Positions 34,656 through 47,835 of a DNA stretch of 64,000 nt are shown here, piece after piece. This DNA comes from Azolla caroliniana (lineage: Eukaryota; Plantae; Polypodiophyta), in contig JBHGNT010000113.1 of assembly GCA_043228905.1 (NCBI GenBank), positions 1 to 64,000 of the forward strand, given 5' to 3'. The notes beneath the pieces were generated by a model, which was not told the DNA's origin, searched no databases, and saw only the letters and a program-made list of their open reading frames with translations. Each line of letters begins with the position of its first letter. Position 1 is the first letter of the stretch. Position numbers and translations under genes: made by a program.

Positions 34656-35518
34656 ATAGTACATAAACCTTGTTCAAATTATTCTCGTGGTCTCTCTCTA
34701 ATTTCTCGTAAGTGTTTACGAACAAGTGCGTCTCCCCAATCGCGCATTACACCCACACGAACGTAAACACGAGCACCAACGTCCCTCCAACACGAACGTA
34801 AACACGACCACCAACGTATAGAATTTGCCTATAGGGGACCGCAAACCACCCAAACGGAAAAAAAATATCAAAGCAGAACACCCATACCGCACACGCCACG
34901 TCAACGGCTAAGGTCAACTTGTACACGCGGCGAATGTGAACTTGCTTCCACACTTGCCCGATAGGACACTCCTAGTGTGGTAGTCCGGTTAGCTTTCCTT
35001 GTCGTCGTCGTTACCAACCCCTCGTCCGAACGAGCGAGTACGGACACCGGTCTATCTACGTTCATCGATGTAGCACACTCGGGAGCCACCACTCGTCCCG
35101 CAGTAGCCTCCGCGTGCTTAGTGTCTCGGCACTAGCGCGTGCTAGTTTAATGTGCACGTGCCCGCACACCCCTACGCGCACGCGCGAGTGCGCACATCTA
35201 CCTACGTATGTATAAATGTTATGTTGCTCGACAAGCTCTCGCGCGAGGAGGAGGAGGAGTACCCGCCACAGGTTGCGCCCAGATTGTCTGGTGACAATAC
35301 GACACCTAGGACTAGCCTAGACGTGTGGGAGGGTGGACTAGTTGGTATGGGTCTTGGGCAAGAGTTGTACGCAGGGACACACACGTTATGGTAATGGGAG
35401 TGGTGAGTGACATGCATGTGCTCTGATTGCATGGCCATGTGTATATATTAAAGGTGGAGGGAGCAATGTCAATACAATCCATTAGGAGACAAGCACCGGG
35501 ATCATAAGGACAATCGCA

Positions 35519-36304
35519 ATGGCAAAGCTTACTTCCGTATTCCTCATGGCCGTGATCATGCTCGCCGCGTGTACCGCGGCCAATGCTAGGTCTGTAGGGC
35601 GGGACCGTGAAGAGGAGCGACGCGATCGACGTCGTGAGGGAGACATTGACGAGGAGAGGCGCGATCGACGCCGAGAGGGGGAGTGCGATGACGAGAGGCG
35701 CGAGCGACGTCGTGAGGGGTTCCTTGAGGAGGGGCGCCGCTACAGAGACAACAAGAGAGACTCCGAAGAGGAAAGGGAACGTCGTAGCCGTGGTCGCGAT
35801 GAGCCACGTGACGAGGAACTGAGGCGAGAGTGCGGTGATTTCATCGACAAGCAGATCCGAGAGCTACAAGAGAGCTCCGAAAGAGAGGAAGGTGAACAAG
35901 GACGTCGCTCCCCATGGATCGAAAACACTCGATACTCAAGACCCTCGGAACGGTGCTGCAGGAACGTCGAACGAATCCCCGCCGAAGATCGATGCGATCG
36001 CCTACGTGATGCCTTGTATGCTGACGAGGAGGAACGACGCAATGATGAAGGCCGACGCCATGGCCAACAATCAAGGGAACACCGTAGCTGGGAGGAAGAG
36101 GACGAGGAGCGCGAGAGAGATAGCAGCCGTGAGCGACGAGAGGGTGACGAACGCCGCCACCGCATGTCTCGACGACAAGAGGACGAACGTCAACAACGTC
36201 GCCAATTCAAGGCCGATGACGAGGAAAGAGCTCTAGGCGTCGCCGCCTCCCGCCTACTCCAACAGTGCGATCTTCGCCCTCGTGCTTGTATTCGTCGCTT
36301 CTAA
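35519..36304 (+). CDS. 2S albumin-like storage protein, copy 22 (R119S)
   Basis: Intact 261-aa ORF. Confidence 0.85.
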   Translation: MAKLTSVFLMAVIMLAACTAANARSVGRDREEERRDRRREGDIDEERRDRRREGECDDERRERRREGFLEEGRRYRDNKRDSEEERERRSRGRDEPRDEELRRECGDFIDKQIRELQESSEREEGEQGRRSPWIENTRYSRPSERCCRNVERIPAEDRCDRLRDALYADEEERRNDEGRRHGQQSREHRSWEEEDEERERDSSRERREGDERRHRMSRRQEDERQQRRQFKADDEERALGVAASRLLQQCDLRPRACIRRF

Positions 36305-37167
36305 ATAGTACATAAACCTTGTTCAAATTATTCTCGTGGTCTCTCTCTAATTTCTCGTAAGTGTTTACGAACAAGTGCGTCTCCCCAATCGCGCATTACA
36401 CCCACACGAACGTAAACACGAGCACCAACGTCCCTCCAACACGAACGTAAACACGACCACCAACGTATAGAATTTGCCTATAGGGGACCGCAAACCACCC
36501 AAACGGAAAAAAAATATCAAAGCAGAACACCCATACCGCACACGCCACGGCAACGGCTAAGGTCAACTTGTACACGCGGCGAATGTGAACTTGCTTCCAC
36601 ACTTGCCCGATAGGACACTCCTAGTGTGGTAGTCCGGTTAGCTTTCCTTGTCGTCGTCGTTACCAACCCCTCGTCCGAACGAGCGAGTACGGACACCGGT
36701 CTATCTACGTTCATCGATGTAGCACACTCGGGAGCCACCACTCGTCCCGCAGTAGCCTCCGCGTGCTTAGTGTCTCGGCACTAGCGCGTGCTAGTTTAAT
36801 GTGCACGTGCCCGCACACCCCTACGCGCACGCGCGAGTGCGCACATCTACCTACGTATGTATAAATGTTATGTTGCTCGACAAGCTCTCGCGCGAGGAGG
36901 AGGAGGAGTACCCGCCACAGGTTGCGCCCAGATTGTCTGGTGACAATACGACACCTAGGACTAGCCTAGACGTGTGGGAGGGTGGACTAGTTGGTATGGG
37001 TCTTGGGCAAGAGTTGTACGCAGGGACACACACGTTATGGTAATGGGAGTGGTGAGTGACATGCATGTGCTCTGATTGCATGGCCATGTGTATATATTAA
37101 AGGTGGAGGGAGCAATGTCAATACAATCCATTAGGAGACAAGCACCGGGATCATAAGGACAATCGCA

Positions 37168-37953
37168 ATGGCAAAGCTTACTTCCGTATTCCTCATGGCC
37201 GTGATCATGCTCGCCGCGTGTACCGCGGCCAATGCTAGGTCTGTAGGGCGGGACCGTGAAGAGGAGCGACGCGATCGACGTCGTGAGGGAGACATTGACG
37301 AGGAGAGGCGCGATCGACGCCGAGAGGGGGAGTGCGATGACGAGAGGCGCGAGCGACGTCGTGAGGGGTTCCTTGAGGAGGGGCGCCGCTACAGAGACAA
37401 CAAGAGAGACTCCGAAGAGGAAAGGGAACGTCGTAGCCGTGGTCGCGATGAGCCACGTGACGAGGAACTGAGGCGAGAGTGCGGTGATTTCATCGACAAG
37501 CAGATCCGAGAGCTACAAGAGCGCTCCGAAAGAGAGGAAGGTGAACAAGGACGTCGCTCCCCATGGATCGAAAACACTCGATACTCAAGACCCTCGGAAC
37601 GGTGCTGCAGGAACGTCGAACGAATCCCCGCCGAAGATCGATGCGATCGCCTACGTGATGCCTTGTATGCTGACGAGGAGGAACGACGCAATGATGAAGG
37701 CCGACGCCATGGCCAACAATCAAGGGAACACCGTAGCTGGGAGGAAGAGGACGAGGAGCGCGAGAGAGATAGCAGCCGTGAGCGACGAGAGGGTGACGAA
37801 CGCCGCCACCGCATGTCTCGACGACAAGAGGACGAACGTCAACAACGTCGCCAATTCAAGGCCGATGACGAGGAAAGAGCTCTAGGCGTCGCCGCCTCCC
37901 GCCTACTCCAACAGTGCGATCTTCGCCCTCGTGCTTGTATTCGTCGCTTCTAA
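37168..37953 (+). CDS. 2S albumin-like storage protein, copy 23
   Basis: Intact 261-aa ORF, consensus protein. Confidence 0.85.
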   Translation: MAKLTSVFLMAVIMLAACTAANARSVGRDREEERRDRRREGDIDEERRDRRREGECDDERRERRREGFLEEGRRYRDNKRDSEEERERRSRGRDEPRDEELRRECGDFIDKQIRELQERSEREEGEQGRRSPWIENTRYSRPSERCCRNVERIPAEDRCDRLRDALYADEEERRNDEGRRHGQQSREHRSWEEEDEERERDSSRERREGDERRHRMSRRQEDERQQRRQFKADDEERALGVAASRLLQQCDLRPRACIRRF

Positions 37954-38816
37954 ATAGTACATAAACCTTGTTCAAATTATTCTCGTGGTCTCTCTCTAAT
38001 TTCTCGTAAGTGTTTACGAACAAGTGCGTCTCCCCAATCGCGCATTACACCCACACGAACGTAAACACGAGCACCAACGTCCCTCCAACACGAACGTAAA
38101 CACGACCACCAACGTATAGAATTTGCCTATAGGGGACCGCAAACCACCCAAACGGAAAAAAAATATCAAAGCAGAACACCCATACCGCACACGCCACGGC
38201 AACGGCTAAGGTCAACTTGTACACGCGGCGAATGTGAACTTGCTTCCACACTTGCCCGATAGGACACTCCTAGTGTGGTAGTCCGGTTAGCTTTCCTTGT
38301 CGTCGTCGTTACCAACCCCTCGTCCGAACGAGCGAGTACGGACACCGGTCTATCTACGTTCATCGATGTAGCACACTCGGGAGCCACCACTCGTCCCGCA
38401 GTAGCCTCCGCGTGCTTAGTGTCTCGGCACTAGCGCGTGCTAGTTTAATGTGCACGTGCCCGCACACCCCTACGCGCACGCGCGAGTGCGCACATCTACC
38501 TACGTATGTATAAATGTTATGTTGCTCGACAAGCTCTCGCGCGAGGAGGAGGAGGAGTACCCGCCACAGGTTGCGCCCAGATTGTCTGGTGACAATACGA
38601 CACCTAGGACTAGCCTAGACGTGTGGGAGGGTGGACTAGTTGGTATGGGTCTTGGGCAAGAGTTGTACGCAGGGACACACACGTTATGGTAATGGGAGTG
38701 GTGAGTGACATGCATGTGCTCTGATTGCATGGCCATGTGTATATATTAAAGGTGGAGGGAGCAATGTCAATACAATCCATTAGGAGACAAGCACCGGGAT
38801 CATAAGGACAATCGCA

Positions 38817-39602
38817 ATGGCAAAGCTTACTTCCGTATTCCTCATGGCCGTGATCATGCTCGCCGCGTGTACCGCGGCCAATGCTAGGTCTGTAGGGCGG
38901 GACCGTGAAGAGGAGCGACGCGATCGACGTCGTGAGGGAGACATTGACGAGGAGAGGCGCGATCGACGCCGAGAGGGGGAGTGCGATGACGAGAGGCGCG
39001 AGCGACGTCGTGAGGGGTTCCTTGAGGAGGGGCGCCGCTACAGAGACAACAAGAGAGACTCCGAAGAGGAAAGGGAACGTCGTAGCCGTGGTCGCGATGA
39101 GCCACGTGACGAGGAACTGAGGCGAGAGTGCGGTGATTTCATCGACAAGCAGATCCGAGAGCTACAAGAGAGCTCCGAAAGAGAGGAAGGTGAACAAGGA
39201 CGTCGCTCCCCATGGATCGAAAACACTCGATACTCAAGACCCTCGGAACGGTGCTGCAGGAACGTCGAACGAATCCCCGCCGAAGATCGATGCGATCGCC
39301 TACGTGATGCCTTGTATGCTGACGAGGAGGAACGACGCAATGATGAAGGCCGACGCCATGGCCAACAATCAAGGGAACACCGTAGCTGGGAGGAAGAGGA
39401 CGAGGAGCGCGAGAGAGATAGCAGCCGTGAGCGACGAGAGGGTGACGAACGCCGCCACCGCATGTCTCGACGACAAGAGGACGAACGTCAACAACGTCGC
39501 CAATTCAAGGCCGATGACGAGGAAAGAGCTCTAGGCGTCGCCGCCTCCCGCCTACTCCAACAGTGCGATCTTCGCCCTCGTGCTTGTATTCGTCGCTTCT
39601 AA
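38817..39602 (+). CDS. 2S albumin-like storage protein, copy 24 (R119S)
   Basis: Intact 261-aa ORF. Confidence 0.85.
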   Translation: MAKLTSVFLMAVIMLAACTAANARSVGRDREEERRDRRREGDIDEERRDRRREGECDDERRERRREGFLEEGRRYRDNKRDSEEERERRSRGRDEPRDEELRRECGDFIDKQIRELQESSEREEGEQGRRSPWIENTRYSRPSERCCRNVERIPAEDRCDRLRDALYADEEERRNDEGRRHGQQSREHRSWEEEDEERERDSSRERREGDERRHRMSRRQEDERQQRRQFKADDEERALGVAASRLLQQCDLRPRACIRRF

Positions 39603-40465
39603 ATAGTACATAAACCTTGTTCAAATTATTCTCGTGGTCTCTCTCTAATTTCTCGTAAGTGTTTACGAACAAGTGCGTCTCCCCAATCGCGCATTACACC
39701 CACACGAACGTAAACACGAGCACCAACGTCCCTCCAACACGAACGTAAACACGACCACCAACGTATAGAATTTGCCTATAGGGGACCGCAAACCACCCAA
39801 ACGGAAAAAAAATATCAAAGCAGAACACCCATACCGCACACGCCACGGCAACGGCTAAGGTCAACTTGTACACGCGGCGAATGTGAACTTGCTTCCACAC
39901 TTGCCCGATAGGACACTCCTAGTGTGGTAGTCCGGTTAGCTTTCCTTGTCGTCGTCGTTACCAACCCCTCGTCCGAACGAGCGAGTACGGACACCGGTCT
40001 ATCTACGTTCATCGATGTAGCACACTCGGGAGCCACCACTCGTCCCGCAGTAGCCTCCGCGTGCTTAGTGTCTCGGCACTAGCGCGTGCTAGTTTAATGT
40101 GCACGTGCCCGCACACCCCTACGCGCACGCGCGAGTGCGCACATCTACCTACGTATGTATAAATGTTATGTTGCTCGACAAGCTCTCGCGCGAGGAGGAG
40201 GAGGAGTACCCGCCACAGGTTGCGCCCAGATTGTCTGGTGACAATACGACACCTAGGACTAGCCTAGACGTGTGGGAGGGTGGACTAGTTGGTATGGGTC
40301 TTGGGCAAGAGTTGTACGCAGGGACACACACGTTATGGTAATGGGAGTGGTGAGTGACATGCATGTGCTCTGATTGCATGGCCATGTGTATATATTAAAG
40401 GTGGAGGGAGCAATGTCAATACAATCCATTAGGAGACAAGCACCGGGATCATAAGGACAATCGCA

Positions 40466-41251
40466 ATGGCAAAGCTTACTTCCGTATTCCTCATGGCCGT
40501 GATCATGCTCGCCGCGTGTACCGCGGCCAATGCTAGGTCTGTAGGGCGGGACCGTGAAGAGGAGCGACGCGATCGACGTCGTGAGGGAGACATTGACGAG
40601 GAGAGGCGCGATCGACGCCGAGAGGGGGAGTGCGATGACGAGAGGCGCGAGCGACGTCGTGAGGGGTTCCTTGAGGAGGGGCGCCGCTACAGAGACAACA
40701 AGAGAGACTCCGAAGAGGAAAGGGAACGTCGTAGCCGTGGTCGCGATGAGCCACGTGACGAGGAACTGAGGCGAGAGTGCGGTGATTTCATCGACAAGCA
40801 GATCCGAGAGCTACAAGAGCGCTCCGAAAGAGAGGAAGGTGAACAAGGACGTCGCTCCCCATGGATCGAAAACACTCGATACTCAAGACCCTCGGAACGG
40901 TGCTGCAGGAACGTCGAACGAATCCCCGCCGAAGATCGATGCGATCGCCTACGTGATGCCTTGTATGCTGACGAGGAGGAACGACGCAATGATGAAGGCC
41001 GACGCCATGGCCAACAATCAAGGGAACACCGTAGCTGGGAGGAAGAGGACGAGGAGCGCGAGAGAGATAGCAGCCGTGAGCGACGAGAGGGTGACGAACG
41101 CCGCCACCGCATGTCTCGACGACAAGAGGACGAACGTCAACAACGTCGCCAATTCAAGGCCGATGACGAGGAAAGAGCTCTAGGCGTCGCCGCCTCCCGC
41201 CTACTCCAACAGTGCGATCTTCGCCCTCGTGCTTGTATTCGTCGCTTCTAA
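40466..41251 (+). CDS. 2S albumin-like storage protein, copy 25
   Basis: Intact 261-aa ORF, consensus protein. Confidence 0.85.
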   Translation: MAKLTSVFLMAVIMLAACTAANARSVGRDREEERRDRRREGDIDEERRDRRREGECDDERRERRREGFLEEGRRYRDNKRDSEEERERRSRGRDEPRDEELRRECGDFIDKQIRELQERSEREEGEQGRRSPWIENTRYSRPSERCCRNVERIPAEDRCDRLRDALYADEEERRNDEGRRHGQQSREHRSWEEEDEERERDSSRERREGDERRHRMSRRQEDERQQRRQFKADDEERALGVAASRLLQQCDLRPRACIRRF

Positions 41252-42114
41252 ATAGTACATAAACCTTGTTCAAATTATTCTCGTGGTCTCTCTCTAATTT
41301 CTCGTAAGTGTTTACGAACAAGTGCGTCTCCCCAATCGCGCATTACACCCACACGAACGTAAACACGAGCACCAACGTCCCTCCAACACGAACGTAAACA
41401 CGACCACCAACGTATAGAATTTGCCTATAGGGGACCGCAAACCACCCAAACGGAAAAAAAATATCAAAGCAGAACACCCATACCGCACACGCCACGGCAA
41501 CGGCTAAGGTCAACTTGTACACGCGGCGAATGTGAACTTGCTTCCACACTTGCCCGATAGGACACTCCTAGTGTGGTAGTCCGGTTAGCTTTCCTTGTCG
41601 TCGTCGTTACCAACCCCTCGTCCGAACGAGCGAGTACGGACACCGGTCTATCTACGTTCATCGATGTAGCACACTCGGGAGCCACCACTCGTCCCGCAGT
41701 AGCCTCCGCGTGCTTAGTGTCTCGGCACTAGCGCGTGCTAGTTTAATGTGCACGTGCCCGCACACCCCTACGCGCACGCGCGAGTGCGCACATCTACCTA
41801 CGTATGTATAAATGTTATGTTGCTCGACAAGCTCTCGCGCGAGGAGGAGGAGGAGTACCCGCCACAGGTTGCGCCCAGATTGTCTGGTGACAATACGACA
41901 CCTAGGACTAGCCTAGACGTGTGGGAGGGTGGACTAGTTGGTATGGGTCTTGGGCAAGAGTTGTACGCAGGGACACACACGTTATGGTAATGGGAGTGGT
42001 GAGTGACATGCATGTGCTCTGATTGCATGGCCATGTGTATATATTAAAGGTGGAGGGAGCAATGTCAATACAATCCATTAGGAGACAAGCACCGGGATCA
42101 TAAGGACAATCGCA

Positions 42115-42900
42115 ATGGCAAAGCTTACTTCCGTATTCCTCATGGCCGTGATCATGCTCGCCGCGTGTACCGCGGCCAATGCTAGGTCTGTAGGGCGGGA
42201 CCGTGAAGAGGAGCGACGCGATCGACGTCGTGAGGGAGACATTGACGAGGAGAGGCGCGATCGACGCCGAGAGGGGGAGTGCGATGACGAGAGGCGCGAG
42301 CGACGTCGTGAGGGGTTCCTTGAGGAGGGGCGCCGCTACAGAGACAACAAGAGAGACTCCGAAGAGGAAAGGGAACGTCGTAGCCGTGGTCGCGATGAGC
42401 CACGTGACGAGGAACTGAGGCGAGAGTGCGGTGATTTCATCGACAAGCAGATCCGAGAGCTACAAGAGCGCTCCGAAAGAGAGGAAGGTGAACAAGGACG
42501 TCGCTCCCCATGGATCGAAAACACTCGATACTCAAGACCCTCGGAACGGTGCTGCAGGAACGTCGAACGAATCCCCGCCGAAGATCGATGCGATCGCCTA
42601 CGTGATGCCTTGTATGCTGACGAGGAGGAACGACGCAATGATGAAGGCCGACGCCATGGCCAACAATCAAGGGAACACCGTAGCTGGGAGGAAGAGGACG
42701 AGGAGCGCGAGAGAGATAGCAGCCGTGAGCGACGAGAGGGTGACGAACGCCGCCACCGCATGTCTCGACGACAAGAGGACGAACGTCAACAACGTCGCCA
42801 ATTCAAGGCCGATGACGAGGAAAGAGCTCTAGGCGTCGCCGCCTCCCGCCTACTCCAACAGTGCGATCTTCGCCCTCGTGCTTGTATTCGTCGCTTCTAA
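42115..42900 (+). CDS. 2S albumin-like storage protein, copy 26
   Basis: Intact 261-aa ORF, consensus protein. Confidence 0.85.
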   Translation: MAKLTSVFLMAVIMLAACTAANARSVGRDREEERRDRRREGDIDEERRDRRREGECDDERRERRREGFLEEGRRYRDNKRDSEEERERRSRGRDEPRDEELRRECGDFIDKQIRELQERSEREEGEQGRRSPWIENTRYSRPSERCCRNVERIPAEDRCDRLRDALYADEEERRNDEGRRHGQQSREHRSWEEEDEERERDSSRERREGDERRHRMSRRQEDERQQRRQFKADDEERALGVAASRLLQQCDLRPRACIRRF

Positions 42901-43763
42901 ATAGTACATAAACCTTGTTCAAATTATTCTCGTGGTCTCTCTCTAATTTCTCGTAAGTGTTTACGAACAAGTGCGTCTCCCCAATCGCGCATTACACCCA
43001 CACGAACGTAAACACGAGCACCAACGTCCCTCCAACACGAACGTAAACACGACCACCAACGTATAGAATTTGCCTATAGGGGACCGCAAACCACCCAAAC
43101 GGAAAAAAAATATCAAAGCAGAACACCCATACCGCACACGCCACGGCAACGGCTAAGGTCAACTTGTACACGCGGCGAATGTGAACTTGCTTCCACACTT
43201 GCCCGATAGGACACTCCTAGTGTGGTAGTCCGGTTAGCTTTCCTTGTCGTCGTCGTTACCAACCCCTCGTCCGAACGAGCGAGTACGGACACCGGTCTAT
43301 CTACGTTCATCGATGTAGCACACTCGGGAGCCACCACTCGTCCCGCAGTAGCCTCCGCGTGCTTAGTGTCTCGGCACTAGCGCGTGCTAGTTTAATGTGC
43401 ACGTGCCCGCACACCCCTACGCGCACGCGCGAGTGCGCACATCTACCTACGTATGTATAAATGTTATGTTGCTCGACAAGCTCTCGCGCGAGGAGGAGGA
43501 GGAGTACCCGCCACAGGTTGCGCCCAGATTGTCTGGTGACAATACGACACCTAGGACTAGCCTAGACGTGTGGGAGGGTGGACTAGTTGGTATGGGTCTT
43601 GGGCAAGAGTTGTACGCAGGGACACACACGTTATGGTAATGGGAGTGGTGAGTGACATGCATGTGCTCTGATTGCATGGCCATGTGTATATATTAAAGGT
43701 GGAGGGAGCAATGTCAATACAATCCATTAGGAGACAAGCACCGGGATCATAAGGACAATCGCA

Positions 43764-44549
43764 ATGGCAAAGCTTACTTCCGTATTCCTCATGGCCGTGA
43801 TCATGCTCGCCGCGTGTACCGCGGCCAATGCTAGGTCTGTAGGGCGGGACCGTGAAGAGGAGCGACGCGATCGACGTCGTGAGGGAGACATTGACGAGGA
43901 GAGGCGCGATCGACGCCGAGAGGGGGAGTGCGATGACGAGAGGCGCGAGCGACGTCGTGAGGGGTTCCTTGAGGAGGGGCGCCGCTACAGAGACAACAAG
44001 AGAGACTCCGAAGAGGAAAGGGAACGTCGTAGCCGTGGTCGCGATGAGCCACGTGACGAGGAACTGAGGCGAGAGTGCGGTGATTTCATCGACAAGCAGA
44101 TCCGAGAGCTACAAGAGCGCTCCGAAAGAGAGGAAGGTGAACAAGGACGTCGCTCCCCATGGATCGAAAACACTCGATACTCAAGACCCTCGGAACGGTG
44201 CTGCAGGAACGTCGAACGAATCCCCGCCGAAGATCGATGCGATCGCCTACGTGATGCCTTGTATGCTGACGAGGAGGAACGACGCAATGATGAAGGCCGA
44301 CGCCATGGCCAACAATCAAGGGAACACCGTAGCTGGGAGGAAGAGGACGAGGAGCGCGAGAGAGATAGCAGCCGTGAGCGACGAGAGGGTGACGAACGCC
44401 GCCACCGCATGTCTCGACGACAAGAGGACGAACGTCAACAACGTCGCCAATTCAAGGCCGATGACGAGGAAAGAGCTCTAGGCGTCGCCGCCTCCCGCCT
44501 ACTCCAACAGTGCGATCTTCGCCCTCGTGCTTGTATTCGTCGCTTCTAA
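43764..44549 (+). CDS. 2S albumin-like storage protein, copy 27
   Basis: Intact 261-aa ORF, consensus protein. Confidence 0.85.
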   Translation: MAKLTSVFLMAVIMLAACTAANARSVGRDREEERRDRRREGDIDEERRDRRREGECDDERRERRREGFLEEGRRYRDNKRDSEEERERRSRGRDEPRDEELRRECGDFIDKQIRELQERSEREEGEQGRRSPWIENTRYSRPSERCCRNVERIPAEDRCDRLRDALYADEEERRNDEGRRHGQQSREHRSWEEEDEERERDSSRERREGDERRHRMSRRQEDERQQRRQFKADDEERALGVAASRLLQQCDLRPRACIRRF

Positions 44550-45406
44550 ATAGTACATAAACCTTGTTCAAATTATTCTCGTGGTCTCTCTCTAATTACA
44601 CCCACACGAACAAGTGCGTCTCCCCAATCGCGCATTACACCCACACGAACGTAAACACGAGCACCAACGTCCCTCCAACACGAACGTAAACACGACCACC
44701 AACGTATAGAATTTGCCTATAGGGGACCGCAAACCACCCAAACGGAAAAAAAATATCAAAGCAGAACACCCATACCGCACACGCCACGGCAACGGCTAAG
44801 GTCAACTTGTACACGCGGCGAATGTGAACTTGCTTCCACACTTGCCCGATAGGACACTCCTAGTGTGGTAGTCCGGTTAGCTTTCCTTGTCGTCGTCGTT
44901 ACCAACCCCTCGTCCGAACGAGCGAGTACGGACACCGGTCTATCTACGTTCATCGATGTAGCACACTCGGGAGCCACCACTCGTCCCGCAGTAGCCTCCG
45001 CGTGCTTAGTGTCTCGGCACTAGCGCGTGCTAGTTTAATGTGCACGTGCCCGCACACCCCTACGCGCACGCGCGAGTGCGCACATCTACCTACGTATGTA
45101 TAAATGTTATGTTGCTCGACAAGCTCTCGCGCGAGGAGGAGGAGGAGTACCCGCCACAGGTTGCGCCCAGATTGTCTGGTGACAATACGACACCTAGGAC
45201 TAGCCTAGACGTGTGGGAGGGTGGACTAGTTGGTATGGGTCTTGGGCAAGAGTTGTACGCAGGGACACACACGTTATGGTAATGGGAGTGGTGAGTGACA
45301 TGCATGTGCTCTGATTGCATGGCCATGTGTATATATTAAAGGTGGAGGGAGCAATGTCAATACAATCCATTAGGAGACAAGCACCGGGATCATAAGGACA
45401 ATCGCA

Positions 45407-46192
45407 ATGGCAAAGCTTACTTCCGTATTCCTCATGGCCGTGATCATGCTCGCCGCGTGTACCGCGGCCAATGCTAGGTCTGTAGGGCGGGACCGTGAAG
45501 AGGAGCGACGCGATCGACGTCGTGAGGGAGACATTGACGAGGAGAGGCGCGATTGACGCCGAGAGGGGGAGTGCGATGACGAGAGGCGCGAGCGACGTCG
45601 TGAGGGGTTCCTTGAGGAGGGGCGCCGCTACAGAGACAACAAGAGAGACTCCGAAGAGGAAAGGGAACGTCGTAGCCGTGGTCGCGATGAGCCACGTGAC
45701 GAGGAACTGAGGCGAGAGTGCGGTGATTTCATCGACAAGCAGATCCGAGAGCTACAAGAGCGCTCCGAAAGAGAGGAAGGTGAACAAGGACGTCGCTCCC
45801 CATGGATCGAAAACACTCGATACTCAAGACCCTCGGAACGGTGCTGCAGGAACGTCGAACGAATCCCCGCCGAAGATCGATGCGATCGCCTACGTGATGC
45901 CTTGTATGCTGACGAGGAGGAACGACGCAATGATGAAGGCCGACGCCATGGCCAACAATCAAGGGAACACCGTAGCTGGGAGGAAGAGGACGAGGAGCGC
46001 GAGAGAGATAGCAGCCGTGAGCGACGAGAGGGTGACGAACGCCGCCACCGCATGTCTCGACGACAAGAGGACGAACGTCAACAACGTCGCCAATTCAAGG
46101 CCGATGACGAGGAAAGAGCTCTAGGCGTCGCCGCCTCCCGCCTACTCCAACAGTGCGATCTTCGCCCTCGTGCTTGTATTCGTCGCTTCTAA
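45407..46192 (+). pseudogene. 2S albumin-like gene copy 28, nonsense mutation R50*
   Basis: ATG at 45407; CGA>TGA at 45554-45556 (codon 50). The rest of the unit is consensus. Confidence 0.9.
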
Positions 46193-47049
46193 ATAGTACA
46201 TAAACCTTGTTCAAATTATTCTCGTGGTCTCTCTCTAATTACACCCACACGAACAAGTGCGTCTCCCCAATCGCGCATTACACCCACACGAACGTAAACA
46301 CGAGCACCAACGTCCCTCCAACACGAACGTAAACACGACCACCAACGTATAGAATTTGCCTATAGGGGACCGCAAACCACCCAAACGGAAAAAAAATATC
46401 AAAGCAGAACACCCATACCGCACACGCCACGGCAACGGCTAAGGTCAACTTGTACACGCGGCGAATGTGAACTTGCTTCCACACTTGCCCGATAGGACAC
46501 TCCTAGTGTGGTAGTCCGGTTAGCTTTCCTTGTCGTCGTCGTTACCAACCCCTCGTCCGAACGAGCGAGTACGGACACCGGTCTATCTACGTTCATCGAT
46601 GTAGCACACTCGGGAGCCACCACTCGTCCCGCAGTAGCCTCCGCGTGCTTAGTGTCTCGGCACTAGCGCGTGCTAGTTTAATGTGCACGTGCCCGCACAC
46701 CCCTACGCGCACGCGCGAGTGCGCACATCTACCTACGTATGTATAAATGTTATGTTGCTCGACAAGCTCTCGCGCGAGGAGGAGGAGGAGTACCCGCCAC
46801 AGGTTGCGCCCAGATTGTCTGGTGACAATACGACACCTAGGACTAGCCTAGACGTGTGGGAGGGTGGACTAGTTGGTATGGGTCTTGGGCAAGAGTTGTA
46901 CGCAGGGACACACACGTTATGGTAATGGGAGTGGTGAGTGACATGCATGTGCTCTGATTGCATGGCCATGTGTATATATTAAAGGTGGAGGGAGCAATGT
47001 CAATACAATCCATTAGGAGACAAGCACCGGGATCATAAGGACAATCGCA

Positions 47050-47835
47050 ATGGCAAAGCTTACTTCCGTATTCCTCATGGCCGTGATCATGCTCGCCGCG
47101 TGTACCGCGGCCAATGCTAGGTCTGTAGGGCGGGACCGTGAAGAGGAGCGACGCGATCGACGTCGTGAGGGAGACATTGACGAGGAGAGGCGCGATCGAC
47201 GCCGAGAGGGGGAGTGCGATGACGAGAGGCGCGAGCGACGTCGTGAGGGGTTCCTTGAGGAGGGGCGCCGCTACAGAGACAACAAGAGAGACTCCGAAGA
47301 GGAAAGGGAACGTCGTAGCCGTGGTCGCGATGAGCCACGTGACGAGGAACTGAGGCGAGAGTGCGGTGATTTCATCGACAAGCAGATCCGAGAGCTACAA
47401 GAGCGCTCCGAAAGAGAGGAAGGTGAACAAGGACGTCGCTCCCCATGGATCGAAAACACTCGATACTCAAGACCCTCGGAACGGTGCTGCAGGAACGTCG
47501 AACGAATCCCCGCCGAAGATCGATGCGATCGCCTACGTGATGCCTTGTATGCTGACGAGGAGGAACGACGCAATGATGAAGGCCGACGCCATGGCCAACA
47601 ATCAAGGGAACACCGTAGCTGGGAGGAAGAGGACGAGGAGCGCGAGAGAGATAGCAGCCGTGAGCGACGAGAGGGTGACGAACGCCGCCACCGCATGTCT
47701 CGACGACAAGAGGACGAACGTCAACAACGTCGCCAATTCAAGGCCGATGACGAGGAAAGAGCTCTAGGCGTCGCCGCCTCCCGCCTACTCCAACAGTGCG
47801 ATCTTCGCCCTCGTGCTTGTATTCGTCGCTTCTAA
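47050..47835 (+). CDS. 2S albumin-like storage protein, copy 29
   Basis: Intact 261-aa ORF, consensus protein. Confidence 0.85.
   Translation: MAKLTSVFLMAVIMLAACTAANARSVGRDREEERRDRRREGDIDEERRDRRREGECDDERRERRREGFLEEGRRYRDNKRDSEEERERRSRGRDEPRDEELRRECGDFIDKQIRELQERSEREEGEQGRRSPWIENTRYSRPSERCCRNVERIPAEDRCDRLRDALYADEEERRNDEGRRHGQQSREHRSWEEEDEERERDSSRERREGDERRHRMSRRQEDERQQRRQFKADDEERALGVAASRLLQQCDLRPRACIRRF

Noticed and set aside
45902-46192. 96-aa ORF MYADEEERR...
   Set aside because: It is the 3' remnant of nonsense-mutated copy 28, opened at a TTG codon, not a separate gene.
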